Shown here: positions 47,101 through 55,089 of the stretch, one piece after another
Position numbering within the stretch: position 1 is the first letter of the stretch
Layout of the letters: every line of letters starts with the position of its first letter
IMG/VR virus record: IMGVR_UViG_3300028388_002422
Span: 1-55,089 of that record
Source: a virus
Lineage: Duplodnaviria > Caudoviricetes
Length of the DNA: 55,089 nucleotides
Strand: one strand, 5' to 3'
The notes under the pieces: model-generated
What the model was told of the DNA's origin: nothing
What the model saw: only the letters and a program-made list of their open reading frames with translations
Database searches by the model: none
Translations under genes and position numbers: made by a program

Positions 47101-48217
47101 GTAAAGTTGATGCTTCTTTTTGATTACCTGTGACCAATGCTAATGCGTTTCTAAAGCCCAGCATTTCAGACGATAGTTGTGGTGCGGCCTTAAATAAATT
47201 AATAAAGCCTTGCCCCATACGTCCTAAAACAGCTAAAAATCCACGCATTGACGTTTGAGCAATATTTGCGATAGAAATAGTTTCTCTAAATTCTTGTTTA
47301 ACCAATTTCCAAGAAGTAGATAGTCTATTAGCAGCACTTGCTTGTGCAAGACCGACTGTCGTTAAACGTTTAGCTGCGGCCGCTAATGTAGTTTGACTTT
47401 GAGCAACATCACGATCAGCCGCAGATTTATTTTTTTGTTCTTTTGCTGCCATGCGAGCTAATGCTGCTTGTTCTTTTAGCAGTGCATTATTTGCGCGCAT
47501 TCCACCCAAAGACGCAGTAGAAGAAAGTCCTGCTGCTGATGTTTTTTGTAAATTAATATAAAGTTGTTTTATGCTCTTTAATTTATCAGCCGTTTCTTTA
47601 GCGTTAACACTAGAATTCATCCGTTGCCAGAATGAATTTACTGCATTTTCTTGATTTTTTAATGCTTGACGTTCTGCTGCGTTATATTGCTGTCTTGCTT
47701 GTATTCTTGCTTGTAACTGTGCCTGTTGCTTAGCTAAAGCACTGCGTCGTAACGATTCAAGATGTTGGTTATGTTTTTGTAATGCTGCTTGTTCTTTCTG
47801 ATAAGATTGTTGCAGCTTAGACATATATTGCTGTCTACGCTTTTCATTGTCGTTTCGTAAACTTGCTGTTGCGGGTACTTGCGAAGCATTAATTTTTGGT
47901 AAGAAATTTTTGCCTATAGATTGAATTGCGTTTTGCGTGTCCTTAACTTTTTTAGTTATTGCATCAAAAGACTTAGCGTAATTTTTATTACCTTTAATAG
48001 CTTTGTCTGTAGCGGATGCAGTTACTGCGCCTAATTTTTTAAGCTCATCCCGAACTTTTTGAGTGGCATCTTTAACTTCATCGCCCCAAATAACACCAGA
48101 ACGTTTTAGTCTATTGTAAAGATCATCGGCTGAGTTTAATTGACGTGCTAAATCACGTAAACCAATTTCAGCACGTTGCTTATTTAGTTCTATTTGAACT
48201 TTGACGTCTTCGCTCAT
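44192..48217 (-). CDS. Tape measure protein
   Basis: 1341 aa helical; QMISKGTVSMEELRRQLGE tape-measure domain; FATGG C-terminus. Confidence 0.93.
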   Translation of the reverse strand: MSEDVKVQIELNKQRAEIGLRDLARQLNSADDLYNRLKRSGVIWGDEVKDATQKVRDELKKLGAVTASATDKAIKGNKNYAKSFDAITKKVKDTQNAIQSIGKNFLPKINASQVPATASLRNDNEKRRQQYMSKLQQSYQKEQAALQKHNQHLESLRRSALAKQQAQLQARIQARQQYNAAERQALKNQENAVNSFWQRMNSSVNAKETADKLKSIKQLYINLQKTSAAGLSSTASLGGMRANNALLKEQAALARMAAKEQKNKSAADRDVAQSQTTLAAAAKRLTTVGLAQASAANRLSTSWKLVKQEFRETISIANIAQTSMRGFLAVLGRMGQGFINLFKAAPQLSSEMLGFRNALALVTGNQKEASTLLNTAVGIAEKLKLSIVDVTRQYSKFTNAATIAGLSVKDATSTFEDFAVAARVLNLNQERTAGMFLALEQMISKGTVSMEELRRQLGEHIPGAMNLAAQAMGYGTDELAKFIKEVANGNVNSVELVTKLSKLVRMRTEPQLASSLRKFSAELQAAINALDLLRVKIGDALTPVLGMLLRGFTWFIEKLTDIIPLTTILGDESNRLTTSLDSLEQTATKVTSTFTSLGVGETQVAEASRDLTGEINILEKDMNAMDMAGVALIGTVGASGLGGAFAALKKGFDWLKAGLLAFVRPFVPLVNAVKTAVKFFGAAGLAGAVTKLGASLSGFIVYLKSAATGLALVALANPFTAIAASIGAASVALASFIDDADELDNVLKDVEGSLTAVNNESKSIITTAEEIMSKMADAGQAALAAEAAMLSTRQQQLQNNIDSLIAMKEHIEDQGTAWDWINKKFGLVTDNSARMTSQISGINQEVYALRLEMGKNVLETERLEEEATKVNTQLALAVDLMKQFAAQVETKSLEIDLAVAKGSITDVQGKIKQINLDAQEEANKLTLEAGGANKVDEEALAQIYQQRDLRKAIVNATEARKAQDAANKAYASTVKKLLTDLNQQEESITDNIQALKLRNEQVGMNERQLAESNAQAEIAAITEKVLALETRATTTAMLERVAVMKNQIVTLANLKQQNIDLVEAEKKRKEALKERQQLEEKGRELLRETLSLEEKFQLRVRELIPALRAAGATNAQITDVMKQQWAKLVDESNTGLKSIEAITEEVAKGMQNSFSDFFFDFMNGEFDNLADSFTNMLNRMVADAAAAQLSQYIMGVGQSGGGGGIFDTIVSTFASSVLGVPAMPSIGSAGGTSIGSFTAGTAGMGMTSPEFASLGFATGGQFKVGGSGGTDSQVVAFKASPNERVTVETPAQQKESKNSGTVQNISVNFNVTSPNADSFNASRGQMEMQLRDMVKRAGKYT

Positions 48218-48530
48218 CTTTTCGCCTCATCTGCTGCCGATAATCTATCGCTGTATCATCCATCCGAACGATAGTTCTAACAAATTGATCTAAGGGGCAC
48301 AATAGATCAAAATAATCGGAAAAGATAAGTATTTCCGAGATGGGAATTGAACCTTGTGGCTGCCGCGATGATTCTAGTAATTTGTATGTGTCTAAAAACC
48401 ATATTACTAGATCGTCATTAACCGGCTTTAATTCGTCCAGGGGAGAAGCTTTACCCCTCCCCTGTAAATCGCGATAGAATGAAATATCATTAGCATACTC
48501 TAAATTCCATCGCAGCAGCCTTATTACTCC
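48180..48530 (-). CDS. Tail assembly chaperone frameshift extension (gpGT-like), -1 frame
   Basis: Start-less 116-codon frame GVIRLLRWNLEY...LLESSRQPQGSIPISEIL...; fills the gap before the tape measure gene. Confidence 0.75.
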   Translation of the reverse strand, partial: GVIRLLRWNLEYANDISFYRDLQGRGKASPLDELKPVNDDLVIWFLDTYKLLESSRQPQGSIPISEILIFSDYFDLLCPLDQFVRTIVRMDDTAIDYRQQMRRKDERRRQSSNRTK

Positions 48531-48904
48531 TTTGTAACTTTGGCTTCTTCATCTTCGAGATAATTATTAATATCACCTGCGTAGTCCATTACGAATAATC
48601 GACAGTCAGGGTCATTAAGTAATAAGTCTATTGCATTTTCTTTTGAATATTCTACTTCACCAGGAAAAGTAGATTTATCCCAATCAACTAAGACACCTTC
48701 TGCTAATGATTCACAAATAATACGATCACTCGTGTCGTCGTCTAATGTATTATTATCAATTTCTTTTTGATAAGGTTTCATTAAACGACGAAAAGCAGCT
48801 TTATATCGATTATTATTTAATCTTGCAATTTTAAGCTTTACATTACGATAATAACCCCACGCACCTAAATCAGCTTTATTACCTACGGGTGTAATCTTCA
48901 ACAT
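48524..48904 (-). CDS. Tail assembly chaperone (gpG-like)
   Basis: LKIARLNN, GVLVDW, EYSKENAIDLL; AGGTG RBS; between tail tube and tape measure. Confidence 0.85.
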   Translation of the reverse strand: MLKITPVGNKADLGAWGYYRNVKLKIARLNNNRYKAAFRRLMKPYQKEIDNNTLDDDTSDRIICESLAEGVLVDWDKSTFPGEVEYSKENAIDLLLNDPDCRLFVMDYAGDINNYLEDEEAKVTKE

Positions 48905-49005
48905 TTTAGTCACCTTTATTTGTCCGCGTTTTAGGTTGGCCTCAGAGCTCAGAGCCGGTTCTCTGGAGTTTCGTCGAGCTTTAGCCAATACGACCGGTTA
49001 ACCTG

Positions 49006-50184
49006 TTATGCCGAGTGGAAAGAAAATTGAACCATCATGTTGGTAGTTGTATCACGTAGAGCACGCAATGAACCACTTTCCATTAAAAAGTTGTCTTTTC
49101 CGTCTATTGGCTCACTTAACTCTTCAAATTTACAATAAGGTAAATACATGACAATATTATTACCAGATGTATCTTGTAATGTAAATGCTACACTAAAACT
49201 AGAAGAGTTTTTATATAAGTTATATACACTTGTGTCTTCAAAATATAACTCAATATCAGCCGTTGCCTCTAAACTAAAAGGCACTAGATCGACTGCACCA
49301 AGAGTTCCAATTGCTTCGGCCTGATTGATTTGGTTATTAACAGTTAAATTGAGCGTTTTAAACTCGACGCCAGCCGGAAGGCCAGAAATGTCAACTGACG
49401 TAACCGAATTGACTGAGTTCATGATGTCATAAGATGGAACATCAACAAACGTTTCGCCTGCGATACCCGTATCGGTACCTTCTGACGTCAAACCTACGAT
49501 GTTCATATCACCGTTAAGAATTGAGCCAGTTTCAAAGTTGAATGACATTGAGTTAATCATACAACCACGATAGAAGAAAATTGCATCCGTAGCACCCGGA
49601 GCATTCATCTGTTTACGGAAAGTATACGAATCAGGAGCAGCCGCACCATTACGAATAATTTCAGCATCAATATCAATGCTTTGGCCAGCGCCCTCATCGA
49701 CAAGAGTTGCATTTGCAACTGTCATGCTATTTGCACTAACCGTCACGACACGAAATACGCCATTATTTGCCGCGTTAGAGAAGCCACTAATTTTCACAAA
49801 ATGGCCAACAGCAATACCTTCTGATACAAAATCAGTGGTGCTAGACGTAAATTCGCTGGTCGCATTAACTGCTGCAATATCGGTTGAACCAGTTACAGCA
49901 ATAGTAACAGTTGACGCAGCCTGTAATAATGATGTCAGCAATGGCTTATACGGTGCATAGCTTAATTCGTAAGAGCAATCACCGCCAATCATTGAATTAA
50001 CAACAACAAGATCGTCGGTTTGGCGATCAGAGCGAATCACTTCTGATACTTGCGTATCAATTTGATCAGACAAGCCGACACTAGTGATCGGCAAACGTTG
50101 GAAAGCCGGAGTAGCCGGCGTAACTCCGTTGGTTACCTCTGCGATATACGCAAAGTCAACATAGTTAGTTGACGGAATAGGCAT
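49006..50184 (-). CDS. Major tail tube protein
   Basis: YIAEVTNGVTP, SEVIRSDRQ, ELYFED; position after tail terminator. Confidence 0.88.
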   Translation of the reverse strand: MPIPSTNYVDFAYIAEVTNGVTPATPAFQRLPITSVGLSDQIDTQVSEVIRSDRQTDDLVVVNSMIGGDCSYELSYAPYKPLLTSLLQAASTVTIAVTGSTDIAAVNATSEFTSSTTDFVSEGIAVGHFVKISGFSNAANNGVFRVVTVSANSMTVANATLVDEGAGQSIDIDAEIIRNGAAAPDSYTFRKQMNAPGATDAIFFYRGCMINSMSFNFETGSILNGDMNIVGLTSEGTDTGIAGETFVDVPSYDIMNSVNSVTSVDISGLPAGVEFKTLNLTVNNQINQAEAIGTLGAVDLVPFSLEATADIELYFEDTSVYNLYKNSSSFSVAFTLQDTSGNNIVMYLPYCKFEELSEPIDGKDNFLMESGSLRALRDTTTNMMVQFSFHSA

Positions 50185-50186
50185 AA

Positions 50187-50576
50187 CTAAATCCTCTCAT
50201 GAGACCAGTAATTTACACGTACGTTTAATTGGAACCAATCGTGACCTTCGTCACCAGTGCGCTGAACATCAGACGCATAACATACAATGTCATCAAATTG
50301 CACATTACTAAATAAGGCGTCTAACATATCCGCCAGTTCGTAAGCGCGACCCGTGCCGGTAAGTTTAGGTACAAAAATTTGTACCCAGAAAATACCGTAA
50401 TTAATTTTTGACGTACCGATTTCATTATTTTCGGTAGTCGAAGGCAATAAAGTACACCGGATCCATTCTTGCCCTTCAACCGGTGTATAGTCAACGTTAT
50501 CCCAGGCAATAGGAGTTTCAATCCATGTTGACATACGTTGACTAAATGAATTGTTAATTTCGCTAAAATTAGCCAT
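50187..50576 (-). CDS. Tail terminator protein (DUF4128-like)
   Basis: IAWDNVDY.P, GIFWVQIFVP..TG. Confidence 0.75.
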   Translation of the reverse strand: MANFSEINNSFSQRMSTWIETPIAWDNVDYTPVEGQEWIRCTLLPSTTENNEIGTSKINYGIFWVQIFVPKLTGTGRAYELADMLDALFSNVQFDDIVCYASDVQRTGDEGHDWFQLNVRVNYWSHERI

Positions 50577-50931
50577 ACTTTGCAATATTCTTTTGAATGG
50601 CTAGCTGAATAAATCCAGCCGGCGCTTGTTTTGACGACCCTGCATTCAAATCTTCAATGTACGGCGCAGTATTGGCAATATACCATTTTGTCCAATTCCG
50701 CGTATATCTATCAAGATTTGGCGGAGATGGTATGCTATAAGTACCATCTGGAATTTCTTTAGTAAATGGCGCGCCAGGTGATATTTTCCAACTAGCTCGT
50801 GCTTTACCTGTTTTGACTGGCGTAGTCATTACTAAATCTGTCCAAGTGTCAAGAAGAAATTGTCTTGACTTTACATCAACAACTTTAGCAATTAAATTAC
50901 CAGCCTCTCTAAAGTTTTTTACTCGCGGCAT
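50569..50931 (-). CDS. Neck / tail completion protein (HK97 gp10-like)
   Basis: TPVKTGKARASW, NTAPYIEDLNAGSSKQAPAGF. Confidence 0.8.
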   Translation of the reverse strand: MPRVKNFREAGNLIAKVVDVKSRQFLLDTWTDLVMTTPVKTGKARASWKISPGAPFTKEIPDGTYSIPSPPNLDRYTRNWTKWYIANTAPYIEDLNAGSSKQAPAGFIQLAIQKNIAKYG

Positions 50932-51278
50932 TTTAATGTCCAAGCTACATCAGCGGGATCGGCCATGACCGCTTCAATTGTGTATGTTGCATCGCTAGTT
51001 ATAATGTTAGCATTTTTAACTGGCGTTACTTCTAGCTCTTCTTTGAGTACAATTACTTTAACTTTAGTATCTAAAACACTTTCATCTTTAACCAAAGATT
51101 CTTTGAAAGCATCAAAAACACCGCGGCTCATATAATCTGCGGTTACAACTGAAGTCGTATTACTTACAGGATCAAACGTTACCGTTTCAACTTGATAAAT
51201 AAATGACTTCACGGCATCTGCTAGCGTCGTATTGAACGCTTTGGCTATAGCTTTGGATGCAGATGCACGTAAACCCAT
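50919..51278 (-). CDS. Head closure protein
   Basis: FDPVS...DPADVAWTL; synteny. Confidence 0.65.
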   Translation of the reverse strand: MGLRASASKAIAKAFNTTLADAVKSFIYQVETVTFDPVSNTTSVVTADYMSRGVFDAFKESLVKDESVLDTKVKVIVLKEELEVTPVKNANIITSDATYTIEAVMADPADVAWTLKCRE

Positions 51279-51280
51279 GA

Positions 51281-51697
51281 CTAACTCCTTATTAAGAATG
51301 TTGACGCTTTAGAAAAGGAGCAGATACCTTTAAGCACGCCTCGAACAATTCCTAATGAAGCGGGCTTGTTACTTGCTCCACTAAAATATTCATTTTCGCT
51401 AATAACTGAGCCCGCTTGAACTAATTCTCTTTTTAAATTTGCACCTGAATCAAAAATAGTTTGATCGCTAATATAATCTAATGCAAGTAGTGAATTAGCA
51501 TATTTTAGTTCATCTGGTATTGTATCTAATTCACCAGGATCAACACATGTAAAATTTTGATCAATATAATATCTACCATAAATTAAGCCATCTAATTTGG
51601 TTTGTTCTTCTGCTTCTAGCCATAAAATTGTATCTTCAAAGTAAAGATCAGCTTCATCTAATGTTGCATATGATTCTTTGACAGTTAATGTAACCAT
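51281..51697 (-). CDS. Head-tail adaptor (DnaT-like)
   Basis: SYATLDEADLYF, IPDELKYA. Confidence 0.75.
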   Translation of the reverse strand: MVTLTVKESYATLDEADLYFEDTILWLEAEEQTKLDGLIYGRYYIDQNFTCVDPGELDTIPDELKYANSLLALDYISDQTIFDSGANLKRELVQAGSVISENEYFSGASNKPASLGIVRGVLKGICSFSKASTFLIRS

Positions 51698-51981
51698 TAC
51701 TGCTCCTGAATTCTAAAAATAATACTACGATCTACTGTCCTACCTTGTACGGTCGTCATTCTGACAGTTACAGTATATCGTTCACCCGCTATTCCACCAC
51801 CTATCCAAACAGTGACTTTTTGATCATCATTTGAAGAACTAACTATTGTAATACCAGCATCAGCGTCAACTGAATGCGACACTATTGTATCGCCAACCGC
51901 CAACCAATTCGTAAAGTCCCAAGTATAGTCTAAGACTGACTGAGGATCTTTAGTAAGTTTAAGATTTTTTCTCCATTCCAT
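51697..51981 (-). CDS. Conserved virion structural protein
   Basis: KDPQSVLDYTWDFTNWL..GDTI...VTVWIGGG...GRTVDRS. Confidence 0.75.
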   Translation of the reverse strand: MEWRKNLKLTKDPQSVLDYTWDFTNWLAVGDTIVSHSVDADAGITIVSSSNDDQKVTVWIGGGIAGERYTVTVRMTTVQGRTVDRSIIFRIQEQ

Positions 51982-52027
51982 TTAGTCACCTATAATAAAT
52001 ATCCTCAATTAACACCTAAAAATATCA

Positions 52028-52456
52028 ATTTCTCTTATTTCGGCGAACTCAAAAATCTTTTTCTGGCGGCTGACTCTTTGAATGTGACGATAGAGTTATC
52101 CGACTTCTTAAAATGCAGGATGCCATCAGCGGTAGTCAGGCCAATCTGCCCATCAACAAGAGCACTCGCTTGCCATGTATTGCTTCCTACATTCTTTCTT
52201 TTGTGCCAGATAGCCCTGACTTAGAACATACCATCATCCACATCCTAGACAAATTCAATTGCATTAGCTACGGCGTTTACCCTTGCAAAAAGGTTGGCTG
52301 ATCCGCTGAAATTTACAGGATATCATTAAGCGCAACAAACGTCATCGCGCCGCCCCATTGTTCCACCAGAAGGAATAAGATTAACCAAAAGCCAGCAAAT
52401 TCTGTATTTAATGCAGTATATGCAGCTGGCAATTGGCTAATCTCTCTTTTGGACAT
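52028..52456 (-). pseudogene. Decayed structural/fibre-like gene
   Basis: AGG RBS and ATG at 52456; frameshift near 52320; two internal stops; recognisable fragments in two frames. Confidence 0.55.
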
Positions 52457-52486
52457 ATCTGCTTACCTAAATAATAACAATAATTA

Positions 52487-52993
52487 TTAAGGTGCGTTGG
52501 CCGCGGTGAGTGTCACAGTTACATTAAGTGTATCGCCACTTTCGACAGATTTATCACCGCCAGTAAACGCGCCTACACCATAAAGTACACCTGACGTACC
52601 CGTAGCTGCGGTACAAACAAATGCTCCACCAACAGTAGCAATACCTGTAATAGAGAATTGAGCTTTATTAGCTGAATTATCAACGGAACCTGCTGACACG
52701 GCGCCAAGAACTAAACCTTGACGATCACCTGAATAATCGGCTACTTCTGTCCAGCCAGGATGAGAAACAAGAGTATCGCCAGCTGCGACAGTAACCGGTG
52801 CGCCACCTGTTAAACCAATATAAAATGCAGCAGTATATGCCGAACCTTTAAAATATTTATCAAGATTATCATTAAGGCCTTCAGTAACTACATCATTTAT
52901 AATTTTATCTGTCCACTTCAAATTACCCTTTTTGTCATAACATTCAATGACATAGTAATTTTCCATTTTCATGCTACTTTGCATTAATTTCAT
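52487..52993 (-). CDS. Conserved virion structural protein
   Basis: ECYDKKGNLKW, YIGL, HPGWTE, GDTLNVT; AGGAG RBS. Confidence 0.75.
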   Translation of the reverse strand: MKLMQSSMKMENYYVIECYDKKGNLKWTDKIINDVVTEGLNDNLDKYFKGSAYTAAFYIGLTGGAPVTVAAGDTLVSHPGWTEVADYSGDRQGLVLGAVSAGSVDNSANKAQFSITGIATVGGAFVCTAATGTSGVLYGVGAFTGGDKSVESGDTLNVTVTLTAANAP

Positions 52994-53003
52994 AACTTAC
53001 TCC

Positions 53004-54368
53004 TTAACATTCTGGAAGTTTAGCTGAACGATCGTCATTTTCAGGTGTAACTGTACGATCTTGTATTGTAATCTCAAATGTTCTACATTGAGGGGTAACA
53101 ATTCCAACAACTAATTTAAAACCAACTGTTGAAATAGATTTAATAGCAGATAAATCTAAACCTGCTTCGTAAATTGCTCCAGCTATACTTTGAATAGCTG
53201 CTTGATGGGCTAATGTTGTTTGCACATTTAAATTACTTTGGACATTTGTATTTATTGTTTTATTGACGCCAAACGCAATTAATCCTTCAATAGTTATTGT
53301 TGCATTAGTTACAAAATCATTCTGAAGTGCATAAGTAATTGCACTTTCTATCACATTAGCACCAGTAAAAGTCAGTGCTGCTTGATGATTAAGAACAGTT
53401 ACGGCATAAAGATTAGCAATGTTTAATGCTTCAATACCTTGTACAATACCTATATTTAAAGAGCCTTCAAATGTAACAGGTCCAGTAATTTTTTGACTAT
53501 CTGTTACAAAAGCTTCATTTATTTCAAAATTAATAGCCGCAACAATAGAAGCTATATTTCCACTAGCCGCCGATTGCTGTGAATCTAATGATAAACCAGT
53601 TTCATAAATTGCATTCGCAGAAGATATCGATGAGAGCTGTTTAGACAGCGTAGTAGCAGTATTTAATATTGTTGTTACTGAACTCAGTATTGATAATTGA
53701 GTTCCAATAGTTAAATTACCTTCTAATGTAACAGGGCCGTTAATTACTTCCCCAACAATACCATAGGTTTGTTGAAGTGCAACCGCGACCTCCGCTGACA
53801 GCTCAAGCGTCCGGCTCGTAAGTAGTCCCATTTGCGCTGCGAGCAACAGAGTTGACTGAATATATGACTGCGCAGCATGGTCGTCAGTCAGCGATTGACC
53901 AAGCGTTACTATAGCGTCGTACAACGCCTGTGATTCCAGCAAATCAGAGAGCGTTAGAGAAAGCGTTGTTTCCGGCTGATAGTCTACCGTCTTACCGTGT
54001 CCATCGTCTAACTGCTGCGAAAGCGTTGTACCAGCTTCGAGGATAGTGTCCTTGCTTGGCGCAACGTCCAGTGAGGCACCGAGGGAGAAGCTCGCTTCTA
54101 TCGCCGCACTCAGCGTCGTAAACGCATCGCCAGCCGCAGGGAACACCGCCGTGTCGTTAACGCCATCGGACCAGACGAAATAGGACTTATAGGCTGTGCC
54201 TTCGGTCAGGTTTACCGCGTCGAACGTATACGGTTGCGTCGTACTGGCAGGCTTGCTTGACGCATACGCCGCAGCGCTGCCCGTGCCATCCTGCCCAGCC
54301 TTAACCTGCGCGACACTCGGCGCTGCGGTGGCGCTGGGTTGGACAACGACGTAAAGCAGATCAGCCAT
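53004..54368 (-). CDS. Repeat-rich virion structural protein
   Basis: Ala/Ser/Thr/Leu-rich quasi-repeats; GPVTLEGNL / GPVTFEGSL duplication. Confidence 0.7.
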   Translation of the reverse strand: MADLLYVVVQPSATAAPSVAQVKAGQDGTGSAAAYASSKPASTTQPYTFDAVNLTEGTAYKSYFVWSDGVNDTAVFPAAGDAFTTLSAAIEASFSLGASLDVAPSKDTILEAGTTLSQQLDDGHGKTVDYQPETTLSLTLSDLLESQALYDAIVTLGQSLTDDHAAQSYIQSTLLLAAQMGLLTSRTLELSAEVAVALQQTYGIVGEVINGPVTLEGNLTIGTQLSILSSVTTILNTATTLSKQLSSISSANAIYETGLSLDSQQSAASGNIASIVAAINFEINEAFVTDSQKITGPVTFEGSLNIGIVQGIEALNIANLYAVTVLNHQAALTFTGANVIESAITYALQNDFVTNATITIEGLIAFGVNKTINTNVQSNLNVQTTLAHQAAIQSIAGAIYEAGLDLSAIKSISTVGFKLVVGIVTPQCRTFEITIQDRTVTPENDDRSAKLPEC

Positions 54369-54369
54369 G

Positions 54370-55089
54370 TCAGAAAGTCACCGTGCAGCCGACCGTTGCC
54401 GTGGTCTGGCCGATGGATGTGGCGGTTGCGGCTGAGAGGATGGGGGCGCCACCCGCATCAGGTACGGCTACCAAGTAGGGGGTGGCGTTGGCGGATATTA
54501 TTATTTCATTTTGTTGCTTTATAAAATTTTGACAGTCTTGCAACGATTTATCATGGTCAAAAACAAACGCGCTATATATGCGACCAATAGCGCGGCCGCG
54601 TGACCCAAGACAACCGACTACCCATATATCTTTGCCGTACAGACTAAGCGAGGTGCCTTCGCCTGTATTAAGGCTCATATTGCTTGTCCCATTAGTGTTT
54701 CCAATTACCTCCACATACCTCTCATCTCTAAACCGCAGGCCGTATTCATAATATGGATTGGTATATGATGTAAAAGATTTCAATAAAATATGAGCAAAAG
54801 CAAAAGCTCCTGGGTTAGTAACGCGACAATGAACAATCATTGTGACAGAAGAAGTGTTATATATTTGGTTGTATGGATACTCGATATAAGTATTGATTCC
54901 AGTAGACCGCGAATAGCACAATTCATTTACAAATGCGCTATAAGTTGCTTGTTTATTTAGCGCTAAATCAGAAGGAGTTTCTCCGCAGCTTTTATAGTGC
55001 GCTAAAATAAGCCCTTGCGCTAATGGATGCGACCGGTCAATCCCAACTTGGCCGGTAGGCTTTTCCCCAGGCCCAGGCCAACCCCTCGC
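54370..55089 (-). CDS. Partial LamG-like virion protein (5' end outside the window)
   Basis: Frame open to the window edge: ...KPTGQVGIDRSHPLAQGL...; beta-rich body. Confidence 0.7.
   Translation of the reverse strand, partial: ARGWPGPGEKPTGQVGIDRSHPLAQGLILAHYKSCGETPSDLALNKQATYSAFVNELCYSRSTGINTYIEYPYNQIYNTSSVTMIVHCRVTNPGAFAFAHILLKSFTSYTNPYYEYGLRFRDERYVEVIGNTNGTSNMSLNTGEGTSLSLYGKDIWVVGCLGSRGRAIGRIYSAFVFDHDKSLQDCQNFIKQQNEIIISANATPYLVAVPDAGGAPILSAATATSIGQTTATVGCTVTF

Noticed and set aside
48940-48985. Hammerhead ribozyme (GACGAAAC on the minus strand)
   Set aside because: The CUGAnGA core is absent.
55086-55089. 4-nt identity (TCGC) between the window end and start that would join two partial ORFs in frame, suggesting a complete circle
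   Set aside because: Four bases is chance level, the fused protein is implausible, and no endolysin gene is present, so sequence is probably missing.
31186-55089. Genome-wide TAG recoding (alternative genetic code)
   Set aside because: Long genes are intact in the standard code, TAG ends ordinary ORFs (6673, 15269), and there is no suppressor tRNA; the amber at 32650 is isolated.

Overview
This window is most of a tailed dsDNA phage genome (siphovirus type), probably lytic because no integrase or repressor is visible. The host is likely proteobacterial, given sigma70 promoters, an IHF consensus site and a GTA-type tail tip. The ends cut through genes and no endolysin is seen, so some sequence is probably missing. 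Layout: (i) a leftward head/packaging module at 1-5.7 kb (SETP3/Jersey-type major capsid, scaffold, portal, TerL, TerS); (ii) a repeat-rich control region at 5.7-7.4 kb; (iii) a rightward early/replication arm at 6.1-31.1 kb driven by five TTGTAC-N17/18-TATAAT promoters, with many small ORFs, tRNA-Leu(UAA), DenV-like glycosylase, primase, Sak4, SSB, exonuclease, helicase, a nucleotide-metabolism cluster, PolA, RuvC-like resolvase and ligase; (iv) a leftward neck/tail module at 31.2-55.1 kb. Most notable observations: two tandem paralogous tail-tip proteins, the second interrupted by one in-frame TAG exactly where its paralog has Trp, which separates it from a 487-codon lectin (LamG) extension; a ThyA homolog with Asp in place of the dUMP-specifying Asn, suggesting dCMP methylation; a three-member paralog family of repeat-domain proteins, each first behind a strong promoter; two long hairpins displaying anti-Shine-Dalgarno loops; an origin-like region; a tail-chaperone frameshift with no canonical slippery heptamer; and a decayed structural gene. 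All family assignments come from motif recognition by eye, not database searches.
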